Source: Gammaproteobacteria bacterium (GTDB lineage Bacteria; Pseudomonadota; Gammaproteobacteria; GCA-001735895). Taken from it: a DNA stretch of 64,000 nucleotides. The translations under genes were made by a program, and so were the position numbers. This document shows positions 8,837 to 20,373 of the stretch, one piece after another. Numbering within the stretch: the stretch's first letter is position 1; every line of letters begins with the position of its first letter. The DNA lies in the NCBI GenBank assembly GCA_030066085.1, contig JASJCI010000001.1:132380-196379 (forward strand). The letters run 5' to 3'. Under the pieces are notes generated by a model that was not told the DNA's origin, ran no database searches, and saw nothing but the letters and a program-made list of their open reading frames with translations.

Positions 8837-10588
8837 ATGGATCTCAAAACACTGACTTATATCATCGTATTCGGCACCTTCGGCCTGTACTTTGCGATCG
8901 CCTGGTGGGCGCGGGCTGCCTCTACCAGCGATTTCTACGCCGCCGGCGGCGGCGTCGGACCCATCGCGAACGGCATGGCAATCGGCGCCGACTGGATGAG
9001 CGCCGCGTCCTTCATCTCGATGGCCGGCCTGATCGCGTTCCTCGGCTACGGCGGATCGGTTTTCCTGATGGGCTGGACCGGCGGCTACGTATTGCTCGCC
9101 ATGTGCCTGGCGCCCTACCTGCGTAAACACGGCAAATTCACCGTGCCGGAGTTTATCGGCGATCGCTATTACTCCGATACCGCGCGGATCGTTGCGGTAG
9201 TCTGCCTGATCATCGCGTCGGTGACCTACGTCATCGGCCAGATGAAAGGCGTCGGCGTTGCGTTCTCGCGCTTCCTCGAAGTCGAATACGGCATCGGCCT
9301 CGCGATCGGCATGGGCGTCGTCTGGGTTTACGCGGTGCTCGGCGGTATGAAGGGCATCACCTACACCCAGATCGCGCAGTACTGCGTCATGATCTTCGCC
9401 TACACGGTGCCGGCGGTCTTCATTTCGCTGCACCTGACCGGCAACCCGCTGCCGCAGCTCGGCCTCGGCAGCACGCTGGCCGACGGCAGCGGCGTATACC
9501 TGCTCGACAAGCTCGACCAGGTCGTCACCGATCTCGGCTTCAAGGAGTACACCACCGCGGTGCTCGGCAACGACATCAACATGTTTGCCTACACCCTGTC
9601 GCTGATGGTCGGTACCGCCGGCCTGCCGCACGTCATCATGCGTTTCTTTACCGTACCCTCGGTCAAGGCGGCGCGCGCCTCAGCCGGTTACGCGCTGGTG
9701 TTCATCGCGGCGCTGTACACGGTGGCCCCGGCGGTTGGCGCCATGGCGCGACTCAACCTGATGACCACGATCGAACCGGCCCCGGGCGAGAACCTGGCCT
9801 ACGAGCAGCGGCCGCAGTGGTTCAAGGACTGGGAAAAGACCGGCCTGCTGGTGTTCGAGGACAAGAACAACGACGGCAAGATCCAGTATGTCGCCGATCC
9901 GGACGCCAACGAAATGGTCAAGGTCGACCGCGACATCATGGTGCTGGCCAACCCGGCGATCGCTAACCTGCCCAACTGGGTCATCGCGCTGGTCGCCGCG
10001 GGTGGACTGGCCGCCGCGCTATCCACCGCGGCCGGACTGCTACTGGCGATATCCTCGGCCATTTCGCACGACCTGATGAAGGGTGTGCTGACACCGGACC
10101 TGTCGGAAAAGAACGAGCTATTGGCCGGCAGAATCGTGATGACAATCTCGATCCTGTTCGCCGGCTACCTCGGACTCAATCCACCGGGCTTCGCAGCCGG
10201 GACGGTCGCGCTGGCATTCGGACTTGCCGCGTCGTCGATCTTCCCGGCGTTGATGATGGGTATCTTTTCACGCAAAATCAGCGGCAAGGCCGCGGTCTGG
10301 GGCATGTGCGCCGGCATCGGCGTAACCATGCTGTACGTATTCCAGCACAAGGGCGTCATGTTCATTCCGGGCACGTCGTTCCTCGGCGACATGGAAGCCA
10401 ACTGGTTCTTCGGCATTTCGCCGAACGCCTTCGGTATCGTCGGTGCGATCGTCAACTTCGCGACCGCGTTCATCGTCGGCAGGATCACCGGCCCAGCGCC
10501 GGCGGAGATCCAGGCCATGGTGGACAACTTCCGCGAGCCGGGTGCGGCCGGGGGTACGCAGGAGCCCATACCCGCGCACGCGCACTAG
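8837..10588 (+). CDS. Sodium:solute symporter, ActP-like acetate/monocarboxylate permease
   Basis: NGMAIGADWMSAASFISMAG, GTAGLPHVIMRFFTVP, AAALSTAAGLL motifs; multi-TM, 583 aa. Confidence 0.92.
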   Translation: MDLKTLTYIIVFGTFGLYFAIAWWARAASTSDFYAAGGGVGPIANGMAIGADWMSAASFISMAGLIAFLGYGGSVFLMGWTGGYVLLAMCLAPYLRKHGKFTVPEFIGDRYYSDTARIVAVVCLIIASVTYVIGQMKGVGVAFSRFLEVEYGIGLAIGMGVVWVYAVLGGMKGITYTQIAQYCVMIFAYTVPAVFISLHLTGNPLPQLGLGSTLADGSGVYLLDKLDQVVTDLGFKEYTTAVLGNDINMFAYTLSLMVGTAGLPHVIMRFFTVPSVKAARASAGYALVFIAALYTVAPAVGAMARLNLMTTIEPAPGENLAYEQRPQWFKDWEKTGLLVFEDKNNDGKIQYVADPDANEMVKVDRDIMVLANPAIANLPNWVIALVAAGGLAAALSTAAGLLLAISSAISHDLMKGVLTPDLSEKNELLAGRIVMTISILFAGYLGLNPPGFAAGTVALAFGLAASSIFPALMMGIFSRKISGKAAVWGMCAGIGVTMLYVFQHKGVMFIPGTSFLGDMEANWFFGISPNAFGIVGAIVNFATAFIVGRITGPAPAEIQAMVDNFREPGAAGGTQEPIPAHAH

Positions 10589-10622
10589 ACGAAAACCCGT
10601 ATTTCGTTTGGTGATACCATGC

Positions 10623-10647
10623 AGAGGCCCCGCGAGGGGCCTCTTTT
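10623..10647 (+). terminator. Rho-independent terminator
   Basis: AGAGGCCCC-GCGA-GGGGCCTCT followed by TTT. Confidence 0.75.
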
Positions 10648-10659
10648 CTCGGCCCTGAC

Positions 10660-11103
10660 ATGAACAGAGATAAGAAAATCGCGTTGTTCCTGGCGCCCTT
10701 CCTGCTGATCGGCGGCTACGCCGCAACCGATCAATATCTCGATTCGCGCCAGGAGCCGACCGAATTGTTTCAACTGGAGACGAGCGGTGACTGCCGTCCG
10801 TTCGACGGCGACTGCATCCTGCAGTCCGGCGACGTACAGGTCAACGTCACCGACAGCGGCGGGCTCACCACGGTCAATTCGAGCTTTCCGGCCGACAGCG
10901 TCTCGCTGTCGCTGGTGTACCGTGACGGACGCGAAGTCATCTACGGACTCGACCGGCTCGACAATCCGCAGTACTGGCAGAAAGAAACCGCCATCCGCGA
11001 AGCCATCGCTGCTTCGCAGGCCGCCGATCGCCTGCGCATCGTGGTGCAGATCGAGGGCGGCCATTTCCTGGGGGAATTCAGCCCGATGTTACCGGTTCAG
11101 TAG
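10660..11103 (+). CDS. Hypothetical membrane-anchored/periplasmic protein
   Basis: N-terminal hydrophobic segment, C-x6-C (CRPFDGDC), beta-rich remainder. Confidence 0.7.
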   Translation: MNRDKKIALFLAPFLLIGGYAATDQYLDSRQEPTELFQLETSGDCRPFDGDCILQSGDVQVNVTDSGGLTTVNSSFPADSVSLSLVYRDGREVIYGLDRLDNPQYWQKETAIREAIAASQAADRLRIVVQIEGGHFLGEFSPMLPVQ

Positions 11104-11117
11104 GAGCAACAGCCGTC

Positions 11118-12974
11118 ATGGAAGTAGAACTTGTCGAGATTCGGGACTTCGTATCCCGGCACCATCCTTTCGATCTGCTGTCGATCGAACTGCTCAACGA
11201 GTTGACCGAAATGCTCGAAGCCCGCTACCTGCGGCGCGGCGAGAAGTTTCCGCCCCGGGATAACCGCAGGTCCCACCTGTACATGGTCCGCTCCGGCGCG
11301 ATCGAACTGCACGATGTCGACGATCAGTTTCTCGGCCGTCTCGGCGAGGGCGATCTCTACACGGCCCAATGCCGCCTGACCGGCAGCGACTATCGTTCCA
11401 ACCACCGCACCCTGGAAGACAGCCTGATTTACCAGGTCAGCTGCGACAACCTCAAAAGCCTGTGCGCGCGTGACCAGGAATTCTGCCAGTACTTCGAAGC
11501 GGGTACCGACGAACGAATGCGCCTGGCGGCCAGTTACTCGCCGGCCCAAACGGACGCCGACCTGTCCGGCATGACCGTCGAGATCGGCAAACTCATCCGG
11601 CGCGCACCGATCACGCTCGACATCGACAGCAGCATTCGCCAGGCCGCCGAAGTCATGACCGAACACAATGTTTCGTCGATGATGCTGACCCGGGAAGGCA
11701 AGCTCGCCGGCATCCTGACCGACCGCGACCTGCGCCGACGCTGCGTGGCCGCCGGGATCGACCTGTCGCTGCCGGTGAGCGAAGTCATGTCCGCCGACCC
11801 GATGACGATGCGCAGCGACGACCTGGTGCTCAACGCGCTGATGACGATGACGCGTTCGCACATCAACCACATCCCGGTGGTCGACGACGACGACATCGTC
11901 GGCATGCTGTCCGCCAGCGACCTGTCGCGGAGCAGCAGCGCAAACCCGGCCTACCTGAATACCAAGATACGCCGCGCGGCCTCGCTCGAAGAACTCAGGA
12001 TGATTTTACGGCGGCTGCCCGAACTGCAGCTGCTGCTGGCCAACACCGGGATCTCGGCGCGTCACATCGGCGAAACCATTTCCACCATGACCGATATGCT
12101 CACCACGCGCCTGATCGAACTCGCGCAAGCCGAAATCGGGCCGGAACCGGTGCCCTTCGTCTGGGTCTGCGGCGGCTCGCAGGCGCGCCACGAGCAAAGT
12201 TCGCACTCCGACCAGGACAACGCGATGATCCTGTCGGACGACGTCCGCGACGAACACCTGCCCTACTTCACCGAGCTCGCCAAGCGGGTTTGCGACGGGC
12301 TCGACGAATGCGGTTTCATCCACTGCCCCGGCGATGCGATGGCGATGAACGACCAGTGGCGACAGCCGCAGGCGGTCTGGCACGGATACTTTCGCGAGTG
12401 GATCGAAACACCCGAGCCGATGGCGCTGATGCTGGCGTGCATCTTTTTCGACTTGCGCCCGGTGCACGGCGATTTCCAGCTGCACCGCGAACTGCAGAAC
12501 CGGATGCTCGAAATGAGCCGCAACAACACCGTGTTCACCGCGCACATGGTCGGCAATGCACTCAAGCATCGCCCGCCGATCGGCTTCTTCCGCACCTTCG
12601 TGCTGATTCGCGACGGCGAAAACGACAATACCTTCGACATCAAGCACCGCGGCATCGTGCCGATCATCGACATCGCCCGGGTGCTGGCGCTGGCCGAGGG
12701 AATCCCGCGGGTCAACACCTGGGAGCGCCTGCAGGCGCTTGCCGGCACGCCTTCGATGAGCAGCGAGCTGTCGAGCAACCTGCTCGATGCTTTCGAATTC
12801 ATTTCCAACCTGCGAATTCGACACCAGGCCGCCCAGATCGGCAGCGGCGTCGCGGCGGATAATTTTCTGCCGCCCGACAGGCTGTCTTCGCTCGAGCGCA
12901 AGCACCTCAAGGATGCCTTCGACGTGATCAAGGACGCGCAGGATGCGCTCGGCAACCGCTACAAGCTGAGCTGA
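11118..12974 (+). CDS. cNMP-binding + CBS-pair + DUF294 putative nucleotidyltransferase
   Basis: LYMVRSGAIEL cNMP barrel; GILTDRDLR CBS repeat; GSQARHEQSSHSDQDNA Pol-beta/GlnE-like NTase motif; DIKHRGIVPI substrate-binding domain. Confidence 0.9.
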   Translation: MEVELVEIRDFVSRHHPFDLLSIELLNELTEMLEARYLRRGEKFPPRDNRRSHLYMVRSGAIELHDVDDQFLGRLGEGDLYTAQCRLTGSDYRSNHRTLEDSLIYQVSCDNLKSLCARDQEFCQYFEAGTDERMRLAASYSPAQTDADLSGMTVEIGKLIRRAPITLDIDSSIRQAAEVMTEHNVSSMMLTREGKLAGILTDRDLRRRCVAAGIDLSLPVSEVMSADPMTMRSDDLVLNALMTMTRSHINHIPVVDDDDIVGMLSASDLSRSSSANPAYLNTKIRRAASLEELRMILRRLPELQLLLANTGISARHIGETISTMTDMLTTRLIELAQAEIGPEPVPFVWVCGGSQARHEQSSHSDQDNAMILSDDVRDEHLPYFTELAKRVCDGLDECGFIHCPGDAMAMNDQWRQPQAVWHGYFREWIETPEPMALMLACIFFDLRPVHGDFQLHRELQNRMLEMSRNNTVFTAHMVGNALKHRPPIGFFRTFVLIRDGENDNTFDIKHRGIVPIIDIARVLALAEGIPRVNTWERLQALAGTPSMSSELSSNLLDAFEFISNLRIRHQAAQIGSGVAADNFLPPDRLSSLERKHLKDAFDVIKDAQDALGNRYKLS

Positions 12975-12976
12975 GC

Positions 12977-13669
12977 GTGCTGGACCGATTTCGATCCTTT
13001 AACAAGCGTCGATCACGCGCGCTCGACCGGGCGACGCACCCGGTCATGCAGAAGTACCTGTCGAAACCTTTCCCGGAGGAACGCGACGACTGGCAATCGA
13101 CACAAATCGTGGCGCTGGACTTCGAGACCACCGGGCTGGATCCCGCGCGCGACCAGTTGCTGAGCTACGGCTGTATCGATATCGATCGCGGCTCGATTCG
13201 TTTCGGCAGCGCGGTCCACGAGTACATCCGCAGCGACAGCCCGTTGCCCGCATCGTCGGTGGTCATCCACCACATCACCGACGATACGGCACGCGCGGGC
13301 CGGCCGTTGAAACAGGTCCTGCCGCAGCTGCTCGAACGCCTCAGCGGCAAGCTGCTGCTGGCGCACTACAAACGCATCGAGCTGGGCTTTCTCGATACGG
13401 TTTGCCGGGCCTGCTACGGATCGCCGTTCATCATCCCGACCATCGATACGCTGGAACTCGCCCAGCGCGTGCTGGGACCGCAGGACGACCGCGCCGGCGC
13501 CAGCCAGCTGCGCCTGTTCAACCTGCGCGACCGCTACGGCCTGCCACAATACAGCGCGCACGACGCCCTCTACGATGCGATTACCACCGCCGAGCTCTTG
13601 CTGGTACTGGCGGCCGAACTGTCGCCGAAATCGAGCCTGCGCGTCGGCGATTTACTGACCCGCAGGTAA
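12977..13669 (+). CDS. DEDDh (DnaQ-like) 3'-5' exonuclease
   Basis: ExoI ALDFETTGL, ExoII AHYKRIE, ExoIII HDALYDA; GTG start 2 nt after the DUF294 stop. Confidence 0.88.
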   Translation: MLDRFRSFNKRRSRALDRATHPVMQKYLSKPFPEERDDWQSTQIVALDFETTGLDPARDQLLSYGCIDIDRGSIRFGSAVHEYIRSDSPLPASSVVIHHITDDTARAGRPLKQVLPQLLERLSGKLLLAHYKRIELGFLDTVCRACYGSPFIIPTIDTLELAQRVLGPQDDRAGASQLRLFNLRDRYGLPQYSAHDALYDAITTAELLLVLAAELSPKSSLRVGDLLTRR

Positions 13670-13691
13670 CAACCGGCCGCTGCCGACAGGC

Positions 13692-13718
13692 AAAAAAAAG
13701 CCCCGCAGCAGCGGGGCT
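13692..13718 (-). terminator. Rho-independent terminator of acs (possibly bidirectional)
   Basis: A8 run then AGCCCCGC-AGCA-GCGGGGCT between convergent genes. Confidence 0.8.
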
Positions 13719-13741
13719 CTGTTCGTACCGGTCGTGACCGC

Positions 13742-15688
<1,947 letters not shown>

Positions 15689-15802
15689 GCTGTCTTCCTC
15701 GATTAGAATTATTCGGCTTTTTGCGGGTTCTCAATGCTTACACAATCGCTGTCGGGCGACAAGCAGCCTGGCCCGCGCATCGCCGGCACCGCCGCTGCTT
15801 AA

Positions 15803-15893
15803 TTGATCGATGTCAATAGGCAAGTCACGGCAATTGACGCCAGCGTCACTATAGGTAACACTTTTGCCCCGAACCTGGTAACCAGGGGTAACA
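15803..15893. promoter_or_regulatory. Cluster of palindromes and GGTAAC repeats in the acs/cbrX divergent region
   Basis: TTGAT-CGAT-GTCAA (15803-15816), TGACGC-CA-GCGTCA (15835-15848), GGTAAC at 15854, 15877 and 15887. Confidence 0.55.
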
Positions 15894-15895
15894 CC

Positions 15896-16096
15896 ATGTC
15901 GCTGTTTTCGAGCGATTTGCGCCCAACCGAAATCACGATCGTCGTGCTGCTGATTGCGCTGCTGGTCCTGCTGCCGCCCCTGTTACGGCTGTGGATTACG
16001 GTCGACGTACCCTGGTTTACGCCCTACCTCGTGTGGGCCGCAATCATTGCGCTCGCCTACTGGCTGCAGCGTTTGCTGAGCCGACATGCAGTTTGA
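15896..16096 (+). CDS. cbrX: CbrX-like small membrane peptide overlapping the cbrA start
   Basis: 66 aa from ATG 15896; LLPPLLRLWITVDVPWFTPYLVW matches the P-x4-W...W-x2-PY-x2-W pattern recalled for Pseudomonas CbrX; overlaps the next gene by 11 nt. Confidence 0.75.
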   Translation: MSLFSSDLRPTEITIVVLLIALLVLLPPLLRLWITVDVPWFTPYLVWAAIIALAYWLQRLLSRHAV

Positions 16097-19019
16097 GCTC
16101 TGGCAGCTGTTTGTCGTCGGGGTGCTCTACCTCGGCCTGCTGTTCATCATCGCCACCGCCACCGACCGCGGCTGGATACCCAAGTCGCTGGCCGGTCACC
16201 CGCTGGTCTACTCGCTATCGATCGGCGTTTATGCCACCTCCTGGACATTTTACGGCAGCGTCGGATTCGCGCAAAAAGAGGGTTTCAGTTACCTCACCAT
16301 ATATCTCGGTGCGACGCTGGCCTTCGTCGCCACCCCGATCCTGCTGCGCCCGATCCTGAAGCTGACCCATACCTATCGCCTCGCTTCGCTGGCCGACCTG
16401 TTCGCGTTTCGCTACAACAGCCAGGCCGCCGGCGTGCTGGTCACGCTGCTGGTGCTGACCGGCACCCTGCCCTACATGTCGCTGCAGATCCAGGCCGTCA
16501 CCAATACCCTGCAGCTGATGACCAGCGAAACCCAGCAACAGCTTATCGCGTTGATGTTCTGCATCATGATCGGTATGTTTTCGATCCTGTTTGGCACCCG
16601 CCACATCGCGCTGCGCGAAAAACACCGCGGCCTGGTGGTCGCGATTGCGTTCGAATCGCTGGTCAAACTGTTTACCCTGATGAGTGTCGGCCTGTTCGCG
16701 GTGTTCGGTATCTTTGGCGGATTCGGCGAACTCGGCCGCTTTCTGCAGGAAAACCCCGAGGCCCACGAAGCCCTGTTTGCCCCGGTACACGAAGGCCCCT
16801 GGGCCACCCTGCTGCTGCTGTCCTTCGCCGCGGCCTTCCTGCTGCCGCGCCAGTTTCACATGATTTTTGTCGAAAACATCCGCGAAAAGAACATCATGAC
16901 GGCGAGCTGGGCCTTTCCGCTGTTCCTGCTGCTGCTCAACCTGTCGATTCCGCCAATCCTGTGGGCCGGCCAGGCCAGGCAACTGACCATTCCCGCGGAT
17001 TTTTACGTGCTCGGCATCACGCTGGAAAGCGGTTCGACGTTGCTGCCGATCCTGACCTTCATGGGCGGCCTGTCCGCCGCCAGCGCGATGATCATCGTCA
17101 CCACGCTGGCGCTGTCGTCGATGTGCATGAACCACTTCGTGCTGCCGGCGAGTTTCCCGCCCAAGCTCAAGGGCGGCACCAACATGTACGAGTGGCTGAT
17201 CTGGGGCCGGCGTTTCGTCATCATGTCGATCATCGGCATCGGTTACGCGTTCTACCTGATCCAGGAGCAGAATCCCGGGCTGGCCGGACTGGGCCTGATT
17301 GCGTTCGTTGCCGTGGCGCAGTGCCTGCCGGGCATCCTGGGCCTGCTCTACTGGCCGCGCGCCAACCGCAAGGGTTTCATCGCCGGCCTGCTGGTCGGCG
17401 CGACGGTCTGGGCGCTGACGCTGTTCGTACCCCTGTTCGAGCGTGCCGGTATCATCGAAACCCTGTTCTTCACCATCCCGGAACTGTCGATGAGCACGAC
17501 AGACGCCGCGCTCTGGTCACTGACACTGAACAGCCTGACCTTCGTCATCGTATCCTTGCTGACGCGCCAGTCGCTGGAGGAACGCGAGGTCGCCGACGCC
17601 TGCAGCCGGGAGATCTACCTGATTCCGCACGGTGAGGTCAAGGCCGCATCGATCGCAGAGATCGAGCAACAGCTGGGGGCGATCGTGGGCGACGATATAG
17701 CGCGGACCGAGGTCGACCGGGCGCTGGCGGATCTCGGCCTGGTGCGCGGAGAGGTGACCCAGGCTGACCTCGCAAGGCTGCGGGCGCAGATTGATCGCAA
17801 CCTTTCCGGCCTGGTCGGTCCCGTACTGGCGCGGATGATCGTCAACGAACACCTGCAGATCGACCGCGCAACCAAGTCAGCGCTGGCCGACACCATACAC
17901 TTTGCCGAAAACAGCCAGGAAAAGTCCCGCAGCGAACTGCGCGGCGTCTCGAGCGAGCTGGACATCCTGCGCCGTTTTCACCAGCAGGTGCTGCAGGACC
18001 TTCCGCTCGGCGTGGTCTCGATCGATGACCAGGGGCGCATCGTCAGCTGGAACAAGCAGCTCGGCCAGATGACCGGTATCGACGAGGCACGGGCGGTCGG
18101 CGGCACGATCGATCAGCTCGACCGCCCCTGGGACGACCTGCTGGCCGGATTCGTCGCCAGCGACGATTTCCTGATCAACAAGCTCAAGATTCCGGTCGCG
18201 GGTCAGCTGCGGGTATTCAACCTGTTCAAGGCGGTAGTCAGCGAGGACCGCGAAAACCGTGGCGGCATCGCAATCCTGATCGAGGATCACAGCGAACGGT
18301 ATTCACTCGAGGAAAAACTCGCGCACAGCGAACGCCTCGCGTCGATAGGCCAGCTTGCCACCGGCGTGGCGCACGAAATCGGCAACCCGGTGACCGGTAT
18401 TGCCTGCCTCGCGCAGGATCTGCGCACCGACCTCGACTCTCCCCTGGCGGACGAAGGCCTCGATCGCATCCTCACCCAGACCGATCGCATCGCGCGCATC
18501 GTCGGTTCGCTGTCGAACTACAGCCACGCCGGCGCGCCCGACGAGCACCCGGCCGATGCCGTCGATATCAACCAGGTCGTCGAGGAAGCGATCAACCTGG
18601 TGTCGTTGAGTCATGCCGGCAAGCAGATGTCCTTCGACAATCGCTGCCTGCCCGGCCTCGCCGTCACCGGTTACGCACAGAAACTGGTGCAGGTGTTCGT
18701 CAACCTGCTGACAAACGCCACCGATGCTTCCGAGCCCGGGCAGACGATCGTGATCGAATCGGTCGAGTCAGCCGGTGAACTGCGACTGGCCGTCATCGAT
18801 GAAGGCAAGGGTATAGAAGACGAGCACCTGCCGAGAATCTTCGAGCCATTCTTCACCACCAAGACGGTAGGCGAAGGCACCGGCCTCGGCCTGTCGCTCA
18901 CCTACAATATCCTGCAGGAGCACGGCGGATCCATATCGGTAAGCAAAAATCGAGCACGCGGCTGCCGTTTCGAAATCGTACTGCCAGCCATCGATCTGAC
19001 CCGGGTGGCGCAGGCATGA
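16086..19019 (+). CDS. cbrA: CbrA-type SLC5 transporter-fused sensor histidine kinase
   Basis: [19 protein letters not shown] and [11 protein letters not shown]5 domain; [13 protein letters not shown]-box; GTGLGL; 977 aa with no C-terminal receiver. Confidence 0.88.
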   Translation: MQFELWQLFVVGVLYLGLLFIIATATDRGWIPKSLAGHPLVYSLSIGVYATSWTFYGSVGFAQKEGFSYLTIYLGATLAFVATPILLRPILKLTHTYRLASLADLFAFRYNSQAAGVLVTLLVLTGTLPYMSLQIQAVTNTLQLMTSETQQQLIALMFCIMIGMFSILFGTRHIALREKHRGLVVAIAFESLVKLFTLMSVGLFAVFGIFGGFGELGRFLQENPEAHEALFAPVHEGPWATLLLLSFAAAFLLPRQFHMIFVENIREKNIMTASWAFPLFLLLLNLSIPPILWAGQARQLTIPADFYVLGITLESGSTLLPILTFMGGLSAASAMIIVTTLALSSMCMNHFVLPASFPPKLKGGTNMYEWLIWGRRFVIMSIIGIGYAFYLIQEQNPGLAGLGLIAFVAVAQCLPGILGLLYWPRANRKGFIAGLLVGATVWALTLFVPLFERAGIIETLFFTIPELSMSTTDAALWSLTLNSLTFVIVSLLTRQSLEEREVADACSREIYLIPHGEVKAASIAEIEQQLGAIVGDDIARTEVDRALADLGLVRGEVTQADLARLRAQIDRNLSGLVGPVLARMIVNEHLQIDRATKSALADTIHFAENSQEKSRSELRGVSSELDILRRFHQQVLQDLPLGVVSIDDQGRIVSWNKQLGQMTGIDEARAVGGTIDQLDRPWDDLLAGFVASDDFLINKLKIPVAGQLRVFNLFKAVVSEDRENRGGIAILIEDHSERYSLEEKLAHSERLASIGQLATGVAHEIGNPVTGIACLAQDLRTDLDSPLADEGLDRILTQTDRIARIVGSLSNYSHAGAPDEHPADAVDINQVVEEAINLVSLSHAGKQMSFDNRCLPGLAVTGYAQKLVQVFVNLLTNATDASEPGQTIVIESVESAGELRLAVIDEGKGIEDEHLPRIFEPFFTTKTVGEGTGLGLSLTYNILQEHGGSISVSKNRARGCRFEIVLPAIDLTRVAQA

Positions 19020-20353
19020 GCAGCATTCTCGTCGTCGAGGACGAACCCATCATCCAGGAAAGCCTGGTTCGCCTGTTACGCCGCCAGGGACACGATGTCA
19101 CCGGGGTCGCGTCGGTGGCCGAGGCCGAGGAGAAATCGATCAATACCTACGACCTGATCATCTCCGACCTGCGCCTGCCGGGCGAGCCCGGTACCGAGCT
19201 GATCGGTCGCGCTGCACCTACCCCGGTGCTGATCATGACCAGCTACTCGACCGTGCAGTCGGCGGTGGAAGCAATGAAACAGGGCGCGGTCGATTATATC
19301 GCCAAACCTTTCAATCACGACGAGATGATCCTGACCGTCAAACGGATCCTGGAAAACTCGAACGTGGAGCAGCAAAACACTCTCCTCAAGGGCGAAATCG
19401 CGCGCAACTATCCAATCGACGGCATGATCGCCGAATGCGATGCAATGCTCGATATCGTCGCGCGAATTCGGCGCGTTGCCGCGACCGACAGCACGGTGCT
19501 GATCCAGGGCGAGACCGGCACTGGCAAGGAGCTGGCAGCGCGCGCAATCCACTCACAAAGCCAGCGACGGACGCAGGCGCTGGTACCGGTCAATTGCGCC
19601 GCTTTTGCCGAAAGCCAGGTCGAATCGGAGTTGTTCGGACACGAGCGCGGCGCCTTTACCGGTGCGCTGGAAATGAAAAAAGGCCTGGTAGAGGCAGCCA
19701 ACGGCGCCACCCTGTTTCTCGACGAGATCGGCGAACTTTCGCTGGACGCGCAGGCGCGGCTGCTCAATGTACTGGAACAGGGCGAGATCCGCCGCGTCGG
19801 ATCCAACAAGCTAACCCGGATCGATGTGCGTGTACTCGCCGCGACCCACAAGAACCTCCGCCAGATGGTCGAAGCCGGCAGTTTTCGCGAAGACCTGTTC
19901 TACCGTCTGAACGTGGTCGAGATTACCCTGCCGCCGCTGCGCGAGCGCGGCCGCGACATTCACCTGCTGGCGGACGCGATCCTGACCAAGATGGCACAAA
20001 GGATCCACCGCAAGCCCATGGCCTTCGACGACGAGGCTTACGCGCAGTTGACCGCCTACGCCTGGCCCGGTAACGTGCGCGAACTCGAAAACGTGATCGA
20101 ACGCGCCGTCATCGTGTCGCAGGACGATGTCATCGAGGCCGCGGAACTGGCGCTCAACAATGTCGAAACCGCGAGCCAGCTGCCGCTCTACGAGCTCGAG
20201 AACCGACTGTCGCTGGACGAGTATTTCGTCAGCTTCGTCAAGAAGTATCAGCCCCAGTACAATGAAACCGAGCTTGCGCGCATGCTCGGGATCAGCCGCA
20301 AGAACCTGTGGGAAAAGCGGCAGCGCCTCGATATCCCGGCGCGCAAACAATAA
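19016..20353 (+). CDS. cbrB: CbrB-type sigma54-dependent response regulator
   Basis: Receiver, GETGTGKE, intact GAFTGA, and C-terminal ETELARMLGISRKNLWEKRQRLDIP; ATGA overlap with cbrA. Confidence 0.88.
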   Translation: MSSILVVEDEPIIQESLVRLLRRQGHDVTGVASVAEAEEKSINTYDLIISDLRLPGEPGTELIGRAAPTPVLIMTSYSTVQSAVEAMKQGAVDYIAKPFNHDEMILTVKRILENSNVEQQNTLLKGEIARNYPIDGMIAECDAMLDIVARIRRVAATDSTVLIQGETGTGKELAARAIHSQSQRRTQALVPVNCAAFAESQVESELFGHERGAFTGALEMKKGLVEAANGATLFLDEIGELSLDAQARLLNVLEQGEIRRVGSNKLTRIDVRVLAATHKNLRQMVEAGSFREDLFYRLNVVEITLPPLRERGRDIHLLADAILTKMAQRIHRKPMAFDDEAYAQLTAYAWPGNVRELENVIERAVIVSQDDVIEAAELALNNVETASQLPLYELENRLSLDEYFVSFVKKYQPQYNETELARMLGISRKNLWEKRQRLDIPARKQ

Positions 20354-20373
20354 CCCTTCGGCCCAGGACTCGA

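Noticed and set aside
12977..13669. dnaQ (DNA polymerase III epsilon)
   Set aside because: Has an N-terminal extension, no recognisable epsilon C-terminal tail, and is coupled to DUF294; treated as a stand-alone DEDDh protein.
15829..15845. sigma54 promoter for acs (minus strand TGGCGTCAATTGC)
   Set aside because: GG to GC spacing is 8 nt, not the required 10.
20354..20373. CrcZ-like sRNA after cbrB
   Set aside because: Only 20 nt separate cbrB from aceK; a single AACAATAA at the cbrB stop is not enough.
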